From Oculina patagonica (Eukaryota), in NCBI RefSeq assembly GCF_052425735.1, contig NC_135763.1:3658001-3722000 (forward strand): a DNA stretch of 64,000 bases. Reading direction: 5' to 3'. The notes beneath the pieces are model-generated. The model was not told where the DNA came from, ran no database searches, and was given only the letters and a program-made list of their open reading frames with translations. Positions within the stretch are counted from its first letter, which is position 1; every line of letters starts with the position of its first letter. A program made the translations under genes and the position numbers. Below are positions 62,617 to 64,000 of this stretch, piece after piece.

Positions 62617-62841
62617 TACAAGTTCTTCGATGTCCTTCACTCGTGTCAATTACATAATACTAGCTACAATGTTTTCACAAAGTATTTTGTAATAGATAAT
62701 TAATTATTGTTATGACCATTTAATAAGTTGCTATTAGTTATCAATTACATCCTATTTTGACAAAATATTTTTATTATTTACTATGGTGATCTTAATTAGT
62801 TGCTATGGTAATCTTTATAAGTTGACAAAATATTTTTAATG

Positions 62842-63207
62842 AGTTGCTATGGTAATCTGTATTATTTTTCACAAAATATTATGTACTAGGCAATTGAGTT
62901 AGTTATGGCCATTTTATTAGTTGCTATGGTAATCTGTATTATTTTCACAAAATATTATGTACTAGGCAATTGAGTTAGTTATGACCATTTTATTAGTTGC
63001 TATGGTAATCTGTATTATTTTCACAAAATATTGGGTACTAGGTAATTGAGTTATTGTTATGACCATTTCATTAGTTGCTATGGTAATCTGTATTATTTTC
63101 ACTAAATATTGGGTACTAGGTAATTGAGTTATTGTTATGACCATTTCATTAGTTGTTTTGGTAATCTGTATTATTTTTCACGGAATATTGTGTACTAGGT
63201 AATTGAG
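62842..63207. repeat. 76-78-bp AT-rich minisatellite, ~4.7 copies, with decayed units back to ~62330
   Basis: Unit tagttgctatggtaatctgtattattttcacaaaatatt..gtactagg.aattgagtta..gttatgaccattt.at; starts at 62918, 62994, 63072, 63150. Confidence 0.9.
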
Positions 63208-63657
63208 GGGGAGGGGGTGAGGGGGCTTGGTGAAGCATCGCTGACATTCCCGTTGACAGATACTTTAATTACAATAGGGGGTGGCAGACTACTCATCATG
63301 TAAATGTATCAGGCGTTTCTTTTTTACTCTTTCCTCCCGCAGCGAACAAAAAGAACGCGCGCCTGATCTCAGATAAGCAAAACGCTGACGGCGACCTTGA
63401 TTGTGACAGGCGAGGGCGGGGCTGAAAACAATGCTTGATAACAATGGAAAAGCAATGGACCATATATTTCCCTCTTCATATTCCGTTCTTTCGTATTCTC
63501 TTTGTAATATTTTCCTCATCTTATTGCCCTAATAATGAAGTAACACAAACAGAAATTAATACAACATTGGGCTTAACACGGAAAACACGCTTTAATCAAT
63601 CTTTTCTACATAGTAGCGACCAAAAAAACACACGAGAGACTTCAGTTCAGTTCTTCA

Positions 63658-63963
63658 TCACAACAATCCGGACTCGGCCAAGAAATACTCAATCATCAGC
63701 CGTCTTCTCGACTCTGCGAGTGATATTCCATGGCGCTGGTATTCCTCTTCTATCACAGCGCAAATTCCTGGTCGTCTTCTCGATGTTAAACTGGGCGGCT
63801 GGTTGCTGATGTTCCTTGCACCAGTCGAACGTGGTGTTCCTTCCGTCCTGTCTCCATTACTTTCTGCATTCTCGCATTTCGGGATTTGCAATCTTTCAGA
63901 TCTTTCTTTTCGGTGTAAAGAGGACTTCCAACGTCTCCAGCGAGATACTTTAGCCTTTTCCAT
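63658..63963 (-). CDS. Microprotein family copy 7 (101 aa; RRRPGIC; no RVxF segment)
   Basis: Paralogous ORF; inverted duplicate of copy 5 including distal 3' flank. Confidence 0.7.
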   Translation of the reverse strand: MEKAKVSRWRRWKSSLHRKERSERLQIPKCENAESNGDRTEGTPRSTGARNISNQPPSLTSRRRPGICAVIEEEYQRHGISLAESRRRLMIEYFLAESGLL

Positions 63964-64000
63964 CTTTAATGTCCTTCACTCGTGTCGGATACATACTAAA

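Overview
AT-rich, repeat-dense eukaryotic genomic DNA. It is most likely a cnidarian (stony-coral-like), inferred from repeat and gene style only. Contents: (1) the first 11 coding exons of a CEP162-like gene on the minus strand (ATG 12010, running off the left edge); (2) two convergent, inverted paralogous class A GPCR genes with single-exon CDS (15864-16937 +, 30927-31976 -) plus a duplicated 3' fragment; (3) a family of seven ~90-110 aa intronless microprotein ORFs plus one 5' fragment, four in tandem between the GPCRs and the rest at 59.7-64 kb. All seven carry a PKI/PKA-RI-like pseudosubstrate motif RRx(A/G)IC and a Leu-rich C-terminus, and some have an RVxF PP1-docking motif. This is the best candidate for an undescribed system; (4) a TATA/Inr first exon followed by six duplicated ~100-nt exon-like cassettes (48.7-54.3 kb, minus); (5) many SINEs and MITEs, a truncated LINE, Penelope remnants with two minimal hammerhead-ribozyme motifs, and two minisatellites.
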